A stretch of 64,000 bases of DNA from NCBI GenBank assembly GCA_965116785.1, contig OZ220731.1:3619922-3683921 (forward strand), read 5' to 3'. The position numbers were made by a program, and so were the translations under genes. Of this stretch, positions 34,972 to 44,406 are shown piece after piece (the stretch's first letter is position 1; each line of letters starts with the position of its first letter). The notes under the pieces were generated by a model. That model had not been told where the DNA came from and did not search any database. It saw only the letters and a list, made by a program, of their open reading frames with translations. Source of the DNA: Dehalococcoidia bacterium. GTDB lineage: Bacteria; Chloroflexota; Dehalococcoidia; Lucifugimonadales; UBA3495.

Positions 34972-37323
34972 TTACTCAACCACACTGTACTGCCCATTGT
35001 CGTCGATTTGAGTCAGGATCACCTTGTCAGATCCCTGGTTGTCGGTGGGGCCGAACATCAGCTCGAAGCCATCCAGATCGAATGTGCCGGCGGTCTGGAC
35101 CGCCCCGAGGAAGCACTCCCGAGTGACTTGCTGCCCGCAGGCATCCACGGCGTAGATCGCCAGGCGTCCGGCCAGGTAGCCTTCCAGAGAGACGAACCCG
35201 GGTTGAGCCTGGGGATTGACCGCAGCCAAAGCGGCCTGATATTTGGCGATGAGGGTATCACTGGCATCGCCCGGCAGCGGGACCACCTGGGTGAAGAATA
35301 CGTTATCGCGGGATTGACCATCCGCTGCGAGTTTTGACGCCAGGGCATCACTGCCCACGAAAGACACGTTCATGAAGATAGTACCCGGGCCCAACCTCTC
35401 GCGCAGCATACCTATGGCCTGCGCCGCCGGGTCGGAGGCGCCGATGATAATCACCGCCTGCGGCGCCGGGTCCGCGTCCGCGATCCGGAACACCGCCGAC
35501 TTCACGGCCTCAGTATTCCGCCGGTAATACCAGTGGGCGACCAAATCAATGTTTCCGCCTTCCAACTCCTGCTGAACGCCCCTGAGTCCGTCAATGCCGT
35601 ATGAATCGTTCTGATATAGCACGGCAACGCGGGTGACGCCCTGGTCCGCAAGGTATTCCAACATTCGGTCGGTTTCTTGGTGGTACGAGGCGCGGAGGTT
35701 GAGCACGTTGGTAAGCCCGGATTCGCGCAACAACTGAGCGCCGGTGAACGGGGCGATGAAGGGGACATCTTCCGCGTGGGCCAGAGGAGACACCGCTCTA
35801 GATGTGGGAGTGCCGACGGCGCCGATCAAGGCGAACACCTGGTCTTCGTTGATTAGTTTCTGGGTATTTGCAAAAGCGCGATCAGGTTCGTAGCCATCGT
35901 CGCGGTACACAAGGTTAAGCGTGCGGTTGTTGACGGTTCCCGCCTCCTGGAACGCGGCCATGATGCCCAGGCGCATTCCGGTACCCAATTCCTGCGAACC
36001 ACCGGAGAAATCGGCGGACTGACCAAAGGTGATCGTGTCGGCGGTCACGCCTGGAGTCCCGTCGGCGGGTTCCGGCATTGGGCAGGATTCGGCCGACATG
36101 CCCTGCACCGCGTCGGTCAGGCGATCGATTTCGCAGACCAGCCGGTCAAGGGTCGCCGCGTTCGCCGCGATGCGATCGTCTTCGACGGCCGTCAGTTCAA
36201 GCCGCTCCTCCAGCCGGTTGAAGTAATCCTCCCCGGCGGCAAGCAAATTCTTGGCGAAGGGAAGTACCATTGGGTTCAAGTTCAGACTGGGGTTACCTTC
36301 CAGATGCTCGATGTCGCGCCGGATTATCTCGGCAACGCTTTCGTAGGCTTCCTGGTTTCGCGCCACAACCACCGGGTCTTGCAAACGGCCGGCCACCAAC
36401 AGAAGGGTATGGGCCGATGGAACGTTCGCCGCCAAACTCTGCAGGTGCGAATAGCGCAATCGGTCGGCTTCCGACAGGCTGCCGGCGTCCATCAGCGCGC
36501 CAAACTCGCCGTCCGAGCTTTCCACGGAGCGAGGGAACAGCGTGGCCTGGTTGGCGGTCACCAATTTCAGGGTCTCGGTGACTTGGTCGCCCAGCAGTTC
36601 CAGCAATTTCCCCCTGGCCTGCTGTATCCGGCCGGAATTGGCGACCAGAGCGTTCACCTGGGCGCGGATACGGCCAACCTGCTCGTCATTGCCGCTGGCG
36701 TCGAGTATCCCCACTTGAGCGTACAGCGCTCGCCCGTGCGCGGCGATCTGCTGCGCCGTTGCGCGGAGCGACGCTTCCGTCATCCGGACGTGGGTTCGCT
36801 CAGATGCGATGGCGACCAGGGCGTCGGCTTCGCGGGTCAGCGCCAGAGCGGCGGCGAGGATCTCGACGGCTGCTTCGAAATCCACTTCAGCCGTCAATCG
36901 GACGATCTCCCAGTCTGACCACGCGGATTCATCACCATCGCGCAAGGTCCTGACGGCGAATGCGTGACCGCGGGTCGTATTCGTTTTCAGGTTGGGGATG
37001 TTCAGGCTGTGCCTGTCGTCTCCGGACGCATCGACTGACATGGACCGGATCAGGCCGGTCCAATTTTGGCCGGCGTCATAGGCCGCCCATGCCGCGTCCA
37101 GGTCCACCCATTGGACGACATAACCCGTTGCGCCGTCCACCGCATCCCAGGACACCACTGCCTGTCCGACAGCGGTCCCCTGAACTGCTCGCACATTGGC
37201 GGGGGCGGGCAAATCCGTCTGCGCGTCCGCAACGTTGCCCAGTGCAAACCACCCGCCAGCGACGGCCAGGACGGCTGCGGCAACAAACCCGAAGACCGGG
37301 ATCAGAATACGTCGTGTTTTCAT
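34972..37323 (-). CDS. Secreted multidomain protein: FN3-like + long helical module + type-1 periplasmic binding protein (LivJ/Peripla_BP_6-like)
   Basis: Signal or TM anchor MKTRRILIPVFGFVAAAVLAVAGG, then an FN3-like segment APANVRAVQGT...VSWDAVDGATGYVVQW. About 300 aa of helical region follows. The C-terminal roughly 370 aa carry ITFGQSADFSG...LVYRDDGYEP...ALIGAVGTP..., typical of branched-chain amino-acid-type binding proteins. Confidence 0.85.
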   Translation of the reverse strand: MKTRRILIPVFGFVAAAVLAVAGGWFALGNVADAQTDLPAPANVRAVQGTAVGQAVVSWDAVDGATGYVVQWVDLDAAWAAYDAGQNWTGLIRSMSVDASGDDRHSLNIPNLKTNTTRGHAFAVRTLRDGDESAWSDWEIVRLTAEVDFEAAVEILAAALALTREADALVAIASERTHVRMTEASLRATAQQIAAHGRALYAQVGILDASGNDEQVGRIRAQVNALVANSGRIQQARGKLLELLGDQVTETLKLVTANQATLFPRSVESSDGEFGALMDAGSLSEADRLRYSHLQSLAANVPSAHTLLLVAGRLQDPVVVARNQEAYESVAEIIRRDIEHLEGNPSLNLNPMVLPFAKNLLAAGEDYFNRLEERLELTAVEDDRIAANAATLDRLVCEIDRLTDAVQGMSAESCPMPEPADGTPGVTADTITFGQSADFSGGSQELGTGMRLGIMAAFQEAGTVNNRTLNLVYRDDGYEPDRAFANTQKLINEDQVFALIGAVGTPTSRAVSPLAHAEDVPFIAPFTGAQLLRESGLTNVLNLRASYHQETDRMLEYLADQGVTRVAVLYQNDSYGIDGLRGVQQELEGGNIDLVAHWYYRRNTEAVKSAVFRIADADPAPQAVIIIGASDPAAQAIGMLRERLGPGTIFMNVSFVGSDALASKLAADGQSRDNVFFTQVVPLPGDASDTLIAKYQAALAAVNPQAQPGFVSLEGYLAGRLAIYAVDACGQQVTRECFLGAVQTAGTFDLDGFELMFGPTDNQGSDKVILTQIDDNGQYSVVE

Positions 37324-37766
37324 GTCAGTTTCTCTCCGTTAGCAATTATGTGTCGGGCGTGTATCGCCATTCTTGATCGATCGCTCGGCTCGAATTTTTC
37401 GATGGCGCACGGCGGGCGGATGACCAGCGCCGTGCCGGTTGGGTGGCGATGGTTATAAATATCCACCCGCGCAAAAACCCTCAATGTGTATCCAGTCGTT
37501 CCGGTTCCACCTGCGTCTCACTCGTCACGCCGGGCTGGCAATGTCTGTGCGCGTCGGCGGTCACTTTGTCCCTGACACGACCGCTCAAAACTGCCACCTC
37601 CCCAACCCAAAGCACCATCATCACAGAAAATGTGCGCGTCGTATTTCGCCGTGCCCACACTGGCGGACAGGCGGTCATCCTCGAAATCAGCGTGCGCAGT
37701 ATATTGACTGGCACCGGTTAAAGCAAACGAGCGCAACTCAGGTAACTGTTCAGGGTTGTGGGGCAG

Positions 37767-37899
37767 TCGTTGCGAGCGCAGCGCGGCAATCTCGTTGGCG
37801 CAAGGGAGTCCTTCGGGGCAGCCGATGCTGATCCGCTATCGAGATTGCCACGTGGTTCGACAAGCTCACCATGAGCGGGCTGTGCTCCTCGCAATGACA
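37767..37899. repeat. Composite cluster of family A and B REP-like elements
   Basis: It contains gtcgttgcgagcgcagcgcggcaatctcg (family A), gagattgccacgtggttcgacaagctcaccatgagcgg (A-half plus B arm), and ctcctcgcaatgac (A-half). Confidence 0.75.
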
Positions 37900-37926
37900 A
37901 CACCCTGAACCTGAACGGTTACCAAC

Positions 37927-38928
37927 TCAGAAGTGGTAAAACATCTCCTGTAGCTCGTCGCGATTTACCGTTGTGGTTAATCCCAGCATCAGCAAGATAC
38001 GCGCCTTCTGCGGCATCAGGTTGTCGGAGACGATGAAGCCCTGCTCGTCCTTGCGCGGAGTCATCACCACGCGGCCGGCGATGGACCGGCTGGCGAGAAC
38101 GACGGGCATGCCACCGGCCACCGCTTGCTCGGCGGCGGCGATCACTGCCGGCGGGAAGGTTCCCGCGCCGAATCCAGCCAGGACCAGGCCCGCCGAGCCG
38201 TGGGCGCGGATCGCGTCGATGAGCATGCCGTCGGCGCCGGCGTAGGCGTGCACGATGTCCACGCGGGGCAGGTCGCTCATGCCGTCCACGCGGAAGGGGG
38301 TCTCGGTGGTGTGCTTGCGCATGGGGCGGCGGTAGAAAACCACCCGATGGTCGGAGTCGGCGTACCCCAGGAAGCCGAGCTCGTTGGCCTTGAAGGTCTC
38401 GACGCGCAGGGTGTTGGCCTTGTAGACCTCGCGGGCGCAGTGGATCTCGTTGTTCAGCACGGTGAGCACGCCCATGCCGGCAGCCTCCGGCGTTGCGGCA
38501 ATGCGCACGGCGTCCAGAAGGTTCAGGTCGGCGTCGGTGCTGATGGCCGTGGGCGGACGCATGGCGCCGGTGATGACCACGGGCCGCTGGGTCTTGACGG
38601 TCAGGTGGAGGAAGTAGGCGGTCTCCTCCAGGGTGGCGGTGCCGTGGGTGATGACGACGCCGGCGGTGTCCGGCTCGTCGCGGTCGATGGCGTGGATGCG
38701 CTTGGCCAGGGCGATCCAGTTGGCCGGGCCGATGGCGGTGCTGCCGACGCTGACCATGTCCTCGGCGATGATGTTGAAGTTGTCGCCGATCTCGGGCACG
38801 CGGGCCAGGTTCTGCTCGATGGTCAGGTGGTCTCCGATCTCGGGATACAGGGTGTAGTCCATGCGGTCGGGGCCGACTCCGGCGATGCTGCCGCCGGTGG
38901 CGATGATGTGGACGGTGGGATTGGGCAT
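37927..38928 (-). CDS. L-asparaginase (type II-like)
   Basis: ATG at 38928 follows GAAGGAG. IIATGGSIAG (TGGTIAG motif), VITHGTATLEETAYFL (HGTDT motif) and VVITGAMRP. Confidence 0.9.
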   Translation of the reverse strand: MPNPTVHIIATGGSIAGVGPDRMDYTLYPEIGDHLTIEQNLARVPEIGDNFNIIAEDMVSVGSTAIGPANWIALAKRIHAIDRDEPDTAGVVITHGTATLEETAYFLHLTVKTQRPVVITGAMRPPTAISTDADLNLLDAVRIAATPEAAGMGVLTVLNNEIHCAREVYKANTLRVETFKANELGFLGYADSDHRVVFYRRPMRKHTTETPFRVDGMSDLPRVDIVHAYAGADGMLIDAIRAHGSAGLVLAGFGAGTFPPAVIAAAEQAVAGGMPVVLASRSIAGRVVMTPRKDEQGFIVSDNLMPQKARILLMLGLTTTVNRDELQEMFYHF

Positions 38929-39077
38929 GGAAGCGCTCCTTCTCACATGACGGTGATGAGTCGTGCATCACTCGGGATGGCGTGGTTCGGGCGGATTATA
39001 GCAACGCGAAGGGTCGCGTCCGACGGTGGGGTATAATCGGCGGGACTTATCCGCTCCACCACAACAGGAGACAATTC

Positions 39078-39614
39078 ATGCCCCCCAAGCAATACGAGAA
39101 CCCGCCCGGCCTGGTCATCGAAGGGACCAAGCGGTATCACGCCGTGATCAAGACCGACAAGGGCAATATGACCATCGAGTTGTTGTCTGAGGTCGCGCCG
39201 CGGGCCGTCAACAACTTCGTCTTCCTGGCGCGCGAGGGGTTCTACGAAGACAACCAGTTCCACCGGGTCATCAATGGGTTCATGATCCAGGGCGGATGCC
39301 CCCGGGGCGACGGCACCGGCGGCCCGGGCTACCGCTTCCCAGACGAGGAAGTGAACCGCTCCTATACCCGGGGCACCCTGGCCATGGCCAACGCCGGGCC
39401 GAACACCAACGGCAGCCAGTGGTTCATCGTGCACGGCGCGAACGCGGGGCTGCCTCCCAACTACACGATCTTCGGCATGCTGTCCGACGGCGACGACGTG
39501 CTCGAAGCGTTGGCCACCTCGCCGGTGCGGCAGAGCCGGGGCGGCGAAAACTCCCAGCCCACGGAGCGCCTGGCGATTCAGAACATCGAGATTACAGAGA
39601 CCGACCTGGGCTAG
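39078..39614 (+). CDS. ppiB: Peptidyl-prolyl cis-trans isomerase, cyclophilin type
   Basis: FHRVINGFMIQGGCP.GDGTGGPGY.F.DE and LAMANAGPNTNGSQWFI are the canonical cyclophilin motifs. ATG at 39078 follows AGGAG. Confidence 0.95.
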   Translation: MPPKQYENPPGLVIEGTKRYHAVIKTDKGNMTIELLSEVAPRAVNNFVFLAREGFYEDNQFHRVINGFMIQGGCPRGDGTGGPGYRFPDEEVNRSYTRGTLAMANAGPNTNGSQWFIVHGANAGLPPNYTIFGMLSDGDDVLEALATSPVRQSRGGENSQPTERLAIQNIEITETDLG

Positions 39615-39642
39615 ACCACCCGCGGCACCGATGCTGAACGAC

Positions 39643-39667
39643 GAGGGCGGGTTACAAACCCGCCCTC
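39643..39667. terminator. Bidirectional hairpin between convergent ppiB and MFS genes
   Basis: gagggcgggt-tacaa-acccgccctc forms a 10-bp perfect stem. Confidence 0.55.
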
Positions 39668-39711
39668 AATCTTGTGCGCGGTACCATTGCGAACCGCGTC
39701 GGAGTCACATG

Positions 39712-41070
39712 TTACGAGTCGCCGGCGGCGGTAGCCGGGGCGGTGGTGGGTACGGGAACGGGAGCCGCGGGCGCGGTGGGGATCTGGGGACGCTTGGCGA
39801 ACAGGAAGCAGATGCCGCCCAGGAAGTTGAACCCCGACAGCACCAGGAAAGCCACAGTGTAGGACCCTTGCCAGTCATACATGTATCCGGCGAAGGGGCT
39901 TGCAGCCAGCAGCAGGATATTCATCGGGATGGTGCTGATGCCCAGGATTTTCCCGAAGTTCCCCCTGCCGAAGTACTCGCCCCGGATGGAAGTGGTCAGC
40001 GGGTTGCGGCCGCCGAACCCGAAGCCGAAAGTCACGGCGAAGGCATAGAACATCCAGAGGTGAGTGCTGAAAGTCAACAGGACCACCGCGCCGGCCTGGA
40101 TGGTGGTGAAAATGAAGATGCCGACGCGCTTGGGGAACCGGTCGCCCATGTAGCCGCCAATCAGCTGGGCCCACATGGCGACAAAGGTGTAGGTGGTCAC
40201 CACCCACGCGGTGTGCCCGCCGAATCCGGCGTCGTACAAAAACAAGCCGAGGTGGGTCATGATGGCCAGGATTATCATGCTGGTCAGGCCGTGTCCGACG
40301 GCGATGAGCCAGAATGCCGAGGTGCGCACGGCCTGCTGGGCGGTCAAGCCCTGGGGCGCGGCGGATGCGCGCTGACCACCCTGGGTTCGCGAGGCGGGTG
40401 CCTCGCCCTCCACCTGCAGGCCCATGTCCTCGGGCTGGTTGCGGATGAAATAGGTCAGCGTGAAGGCGGAGACGAAGACCACGATGGCGATAATCAGCGC
40501 CGTACCCTGCCACCCGATGGCGCTGCCGATGCCAAATCCGATGAGTGGCACGACGATCAAAGCGCCGCCCCGACTGATCCAGTTGGCCCAGCCCATCGCC
40601 GAGGCCATGCGCCGTGAGAACCAGTTGTTGATGGTGGTCATCATGGGCACCCAACTGCCCATGCCCTGCCCCAGAGCCATTATCATGAAGGCGAAGTAGA
40701 AGGTGTACAGGGGCGAAACGGGCCAGTATCCGGCGCCGATTTGTGAGAAGGCCAGGAAACCGAAGCCGAGGATGATGAACCCGATGAACACCATCTTCCG
40801 GCCGCCCAGCTTGTCGGTGAGGTAGCCTTCGATGGGGCCCATCAGGCCCCCCTCAATCCGCGTCAGGGTCAAGGCCATGGAGAGCGCGCCGCGTTTCCAG
40901 CCGAACTGGGTTTCCAGGGCCACCGCCCACAGCGTCATGGCATGGAACATGGGCACCGTGGCGATGGTCATCACGAAGCCGGTGATGCCGACGATGTACC
41001 AGCCGTAGTAAAGGTTGGACGGCAGTAAACCGAACCGGCGCCCGGCGGACGGTGCAGAGTTGCTGGACAT
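39712..41070 (-). CDS. MFS transporter (oxalate/formate antiporter-like)
   Basis: Only the C-terminal 452 aa of the 771-aa track ORF look real. Start MSSNSAPSAGRR (41070), then 12 TM-type helices (YYGWYIVGITGFVMTIA...). The upstream 319 aa are Arg/His-rich and antisense to the hydrolase gene. Confidence 0.85.
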   Translation of the reverse strand: MSSNSAPSAGRRFGLLPSNLYYGWYIVGITGFVMTIATVPMFHAMTLWAVALETQFGWKRGALSMALTLTRIEGGLMGPIEGYLTDKLGGRKMVFIGFIILGFGFLAFSQIGAGYWPVSPLYTFYFAFMIMALGQGMGSWVPMMTTINNWFSRRMASAMGWANWISRGGALIVVPLIGFGIGSAIGWQGTALIIAIVVFVSAFTLTYFIRNQPEDMGLQVEGEAPASRTQGGQRASAAPQGLTAQQAVRTSAFWLIAVGHGLTSMIILAIMTHLGLFLYDAGFGGHTAWVVTTYTFVAMWAQLIGGYMGDRFPKRVGIFIFTTIQAGAVVLLTFSTHLWMFYAFAVTFGFGFGGRNPLTTSIRGEYFGRGNFGKILGISTIPMNILLLAASPFAGYMYDWQGSYTVAFLVLSGFNFLGGICFLFAKRPQIPTAPAAPVPVPTTAPATAAGDS

Positions 41071-41316
41071 GGCGATTAAAGAAAACGGCGCAACGCGACG
41101 ATTGCCGTTGCGCGGCCGAATGCATTTTACGCCTTTGGCCAATATGCGCACAAGGTATAAAGGATGATGACGAATATCACGAACTGGCATCCGGGTTTTC
41201 CGGCCATGCCGGTTGTGCCGGTTCCATCGGGATTGCCACCGTGGGCCGGCGGTGCCAAACTTGGGGGCGAGTGAATCCGCCCCAATCCCAATATCCACAC
41301 TCCGCAGAGGTGCAAC

Positions 41317-42138
41317 GTGAGCAGCGCGAGAATCAACGGAATTGACCTGCACTACCAGAGCTACGGCGAGGGCGAGGCCATCGTGTTCGCCCACGGCGCC
41401 GGCGGCAACCTGCTGAGTTGGTGGCAGCAGATACCCTTCTTCTCCCAGCGGTACCGCTGTGTGACCTTCGACCACCGAGGTTTTGGACACTCCTACGACG
41501 AGCCGAACGGGCCGGGGATGAACTCCTTCGTCGAGGACCTGCGTGGGCTGCTGGACCACCTGGGCATCGGGTCGGCGCACCTGGTGGCGCAGTCCATGGG
41601 CGGCCGGACGATGCTGGGGTTCGCGGTGGCATATCCGCACCGGGTCAAGAGCCTGGTGATGGCCGACACGGTGGGCGGCATGAACGTGCCGGAGGTGGTG
41701 GAGCAGCAGCGCATCTGGGCGGAAAAGCAGGCAAACAACCCTGCGGCCAGCGGCGACATCGGCTATCGCGCCGTATCCCCGCTGTTCGTGCAGCGTCAGC
41801 CCAACCTGGCCAACCTGTACCTGCAGGTGTCGCGCACCAACCCGCCGCGCCACGCGCCGCCGGGCGGCACGGCAGCCGGGCCCAGCGCGGAGCAACTGGC
41901 CAACCTGAAGGTTCCCACCCTGTTCTTCGTGGGCGAGGATGACCAGATTTCGCCTCCGCAGGTCATCGAGGCCGGCGTGCGCGCCATCCCCGGCGCGCGG
42001 CTGCTGCGGGTTCCGGAGGCCGGCCACTCGGTGTACTTCGAGAAGCCCGACATCTTCAACTTCGAGGTACTGCGATTCATCGAGGCGGCGGTGGCTGCGC
42101 CGGAGCCGGTCGCGGCGGCCGCTGGGGCGAGCGACTAG
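41317..42138 (+). CDS. Alpha/beta-fold hydrolase
   Basis: GEAIVFAHGAGGN (oxyanion region), nucleophile elbow VAQSMGG, C-terminal GH in PEAGHSVYFEKP. GTG start. Confidence 0.85.
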   Translation: MSSARINGIDLHYQSYGEGEAIVFAHGAGGNLLSWWQQIPFFSQRYRCVTFDHRGFGHSYDEPNGPGMNSFVEDLRGLLDHLGIGSAHLVAQSMGGRTMLGFAVAYPHRVKSLVMADTVGGMNVPEVVEQQRIWAEKQANNPAASGDIGYRAVSPLFVQRQPNLANLYLQVSRTNPPRHAPPGGTAAGPSAEQLANLKVPTLFFVGEDDQISPPQVIEAGVRAIPGARLLRVPEAGHSVYFEKPDIFNFEVLRFIEAAVAAPEPVAAAAGASD

Positions 42139-42166
42139 GGCGTGTTGATATTTTGAAAATCACACT

Positions 42167-42262
42167 GTCGTTCCTGCGAAAGCAGGAACCTAGGAAAACC
42201 GTTGCAACAGGGACGTCGGCCTTGTTGTGTACTCTCTGGATTCCGGCTTTCGCCGGAATGAC
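42167..42262. repeat. Two family-C REP-like hairpins
   Basis: gtcgttcctgcgaaagcaggaacctagg (42167-42194) and ctggattccggctttcgccggaatgac (42237-42262). The latter is the reverse complement of the 12172 copy. Confidence 0.7.
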
Positions 42263-42309
42263 CGGAAATGTCGACAGGCTCTAACGTCCGGCAAAGGTTC
42301 CAATGTGTC

Positions 42310-42570
42310 ATGACTAAATCAAACGTGCATTATCAGCCAAACGAGCCCGTCGTGAAGTATTACGCAGACACCGAGACGCTTTGCATCACCAACGGTAAGC
42401 CGCTGGGCGAGGGCGATGACATCTGCAAGGATGTTGTGGCGTTCTTCGATAAAGACAACCCATCCGAGGTGGTTGGGCTGACTATTGAGTGCGCCGAGGA
42501 GGTGCTCAAACCCTTCGTCGAAGCCATTATGGCCAAGTACGGAGTGCACAGGGTCGAAGAGATAAGATGA
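42310..42570 (+). CDS. DUF2283-like small protein
   Basis: YYADTETLCI......GEGDDICKDVVAFFDKDNPSEVVGLTIECAEEV fits the DUF2283 pattern (y.D.e.D.l.i...e.....v.vd.d..g.vvGiei). AT-richer than its surroundings; start uncertain (42268 or 42310). Confidence 0.55.
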   Translation: MTKSNVHYQPNEPVVKYYADTETLCITNGKPLGEGDDICKDVVAFFDKDNPSEVVGLTIECAEEVLKPFVEAIMAKYGVHRVEEIR

Positions 42571-43367
42571 GCTGCAAGGAAACCAACGCCACCATCGGCG
42601 TATCCGTACAACTATGTGACGGTATCGCCACGCTATCGATGGATGGACGCACTCACCTGAACCTGCTGGGGCCCGACGTGTTCCAAGAGTTGCGGGAGCG
42701 GGTCGAGGAGTGCGGCAACGACACGAACGTGCGGGCCATCGTGCTGCGCGGGGCCGGCGAGCGGGCGTTCTCCGCCGGCGTGGACCTGCGTGAGATGAAG
42801 GACCTGACGCCGTTGACGGCGGAACGGTTCATCCGCAGCCTGCACCGGGCGGCGCGCATCCTGGTGGACGTGCCGGTTCCCGTGGTAGCGGCGGTACAGG
42901 GGCCGTGCCTGGGCGGCGCGCTGGAGTTGGCCCTGGCCGCCGACATCCGCATCGCATCCGCCGACGCGATATTCGGGTTGCCCGAGGTTCGGGTGGGCCT
43001 GCCCTCGGTCATCGAGGCGTCGCTGCTGCCGCCTACGGTGGGCCTGGGCCGGGCGCGGAAAATGCTGCTCACCGGCGAGATCATCGACGCCGCCGAAGCG
43101 CACCGCATCGGCCTGGTCGATGCGGTTGTTGAGCACGAGCGGGTACACGAAAGGGCACTGTCGACGGCGGCGGAGTTCCTGGGCATGGCCCGGCCGGTGC
43201 TGGCATCGCAGAAGGACATCGTGGCGAAGTGGCTGGAGCTGGGCGAGGCGGAGTCGGCGGAGTACACCATCAAGGCCTTCGCGCTGGGTTTCGCCACGCC
43301 ATACCCCCACGAGGCAATGACCGCGTTCCTGGAAAAGCGCGCGCCGCGATTTGACCATGAGGAGTAA
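42567..43367 (+). CDS. Enoyl-CoA hydratase/isomerase (crotonase) family protein
   Basis: ATGA overlap with the preceding stop. VLRGAGERAFSAGVDLREM, AAVQGPCLGGALELALAADIR and FGLPEVRVGL are the crotonase oxyanion-hole motifs. Confidence 0.9.
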   Translation: MSCKETNATIGVSVQLCDGIATLSMDGRTHLNLLGPDVFQELRERVEECGNDTNVRAIVLRGAGERAFSAGVDLREMKDLTPLTAERFIRSLHRAARILVDVPVPVVAAVQGPCLGGALELALAADIRIASADAIFGLPEVRVGLPSVIEASLLPPTVGLGRARKMLLTGEIIDAAEAHRIGLVDAVVEHERVHERALSTAAEFLGMARPVLASQKDIVAKWLELGEAESAEYTIKAFALGFATPYPHEAMTAFLEKRAPRFDHEE

Positions 43368-43371
43368 TGCA

Positions 43372-44013
43372 ATGACGGAATCCACCGAACTGTTTCACAT
43401 CATGCGCACCACACGGGCGATGCGGCGGCTCAAGCCGGACCCGGTGCCCGACGAGCTCATACATCGCATCCTGCAGGCCGGTCAGTGGGCGGCCAACGGC
43501 GGGGCCAACCAGCGCTGGCGGTTCCTGGTGGTGAAGGACCGCAACATCAAGGAGCAGGTGCAGAAGTGGTACCAGAAGGCCTTTGACGAGGTGGTCGGGC
43601 CGCGCTACCGGGGCAGCGAGCCGCCTCCTGGGTCCAGCCCTGGGCGGTACCGCCGTCAGCACGATGCGGTGGAATACCTGACCGAGCACTACCACGAAGC
43701 GCCGGTGTGGATCATTGCCTGCCAGGACGACGGAGCGGAGCCGCCCAGCCGCTCGGCCGGCGCGTCCATCTACCCGGCGGTGCAGAACATGCTGCTGGCC
43801 GCCCGCGCATTGGGTCTGGGTTCGACGCTCACCAGCCGTCACCTGCGCCACGAGAAAGAGGTGGAGGAGATCCTGGGGCTGCCGGCCGGCGTGCACTCCT
43901 ACGCCATCCTGCCCATCGGCTACCCCATGGGCAACTTCGGGCCAGTGCGCCGTGGGCCGCTAGCCGACGTAGTGTACCTGGACAAGTGGGGGGAGAAGTA
44001 CCTCGAAGCGTGA
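43372..44013 (+). CDS. Nitroreductase-family protein
   Basis: MRTTRAMRRLKPDPVPDELI.RILQAG.WA.NGGN.Q.WRFLVV and later IYPAVQNMLLAARALGLGS are typical nitroreductase blocks. Confidence 0.85.
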   Translation: MTESTELFHIMRTTRAMRRLKPDPVPDELIHRILQAGQWAANGGANQRWRFLVVKDRNIKEQVQKWYQKAFDEVVGPRYRGSEPPPGSSPGRYRRQHDAVEYLTEHYHEAPVWIIACQDDGAEPPSRSAGASIYPAVQNMLLAARALGLGSTLTSRHLRHEKEVEEILGLPAGVHSYAILPIGYPMGNFGPVRRGPLADVVYLDKWGEKYLEA

Positions 44014-44070
44014 ATTGCTGACATCCGCCTTTTATGCCGGTGACCGACGATAGGTATAATTGGGCGGCAA

Positions 44071-44406
44071 TTGACCACCGAGGAACTCAGCATGACCACG
44101 CAGTGGATAGAATTTGACGAAACTGCCACTCCGATTCGCATCAGCCTGGAGCCGGGCGACGCGCGCCTCAGTCCCTGGGGCGACCACGACACCGTCATCA
44201 TCCGGAAAATCGGCGACAAGCAGTTTGACGCTCTGGTGCCGACATGGTCGGTGGCCGAAGACCGGAGTTACGTCATGGCGGCCCGCGTGGGCCGCGCACA
44301 GGGAAAGATTGTGGTCTATCTGGCCACCAGCAATGAAGGGCGTCCTGCCTGGCGGCTTACGGATGCCGAATACGCCCAGATTGCGACGAAGGCGGAGACC
44401 GCCTGA
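44071..44406 (+). CDS. Hypothetical protein
   Basis: 111-aa ORF with ordinary composition and no recognisable motif. Its stop overlaps the start of the broken dcd gene (TGATG). Confidence 0.45.
   Translation: MTTEELSMTTQWIEFDETATPIRISLEPGDARLSPWGDHDTVIIRKIGDKQFDALVPTWSVAEDRSYVMAARVGRAQGKIVVYLATSNEGRPAWRLTDAEYAQIATKAETA

Noticed and set aside
37324-37766. Possible small genes in the 440-nt region upstream of the binding-protein gene (ORFs 37443-37721, 37481-37714, 37518-37736)
   Set aside because: Three mutually overlapping ORFs all have poor composition, no RBS and no motif. This is more likely a promoter and leader region, so I left it unannotated.
37849-37877. tRNA T-arm-like ggttcgac sequences (also at 15078 and 1722)
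   Set aside because: They are part of the family-B dispersed repeat. No acceptor, D or anticodon arms can be built around them.
41071-42027. N-terminal 319 aa of the 771-aa minus-strand ORF 39712-42027
   Set aside because: Only the portion from MSSNSAPS (41070) onward has MFS transmembrane character. The upstream part is Arg/His-rich and lies antisense to the well-supported alpha/beta hydrolase gene.
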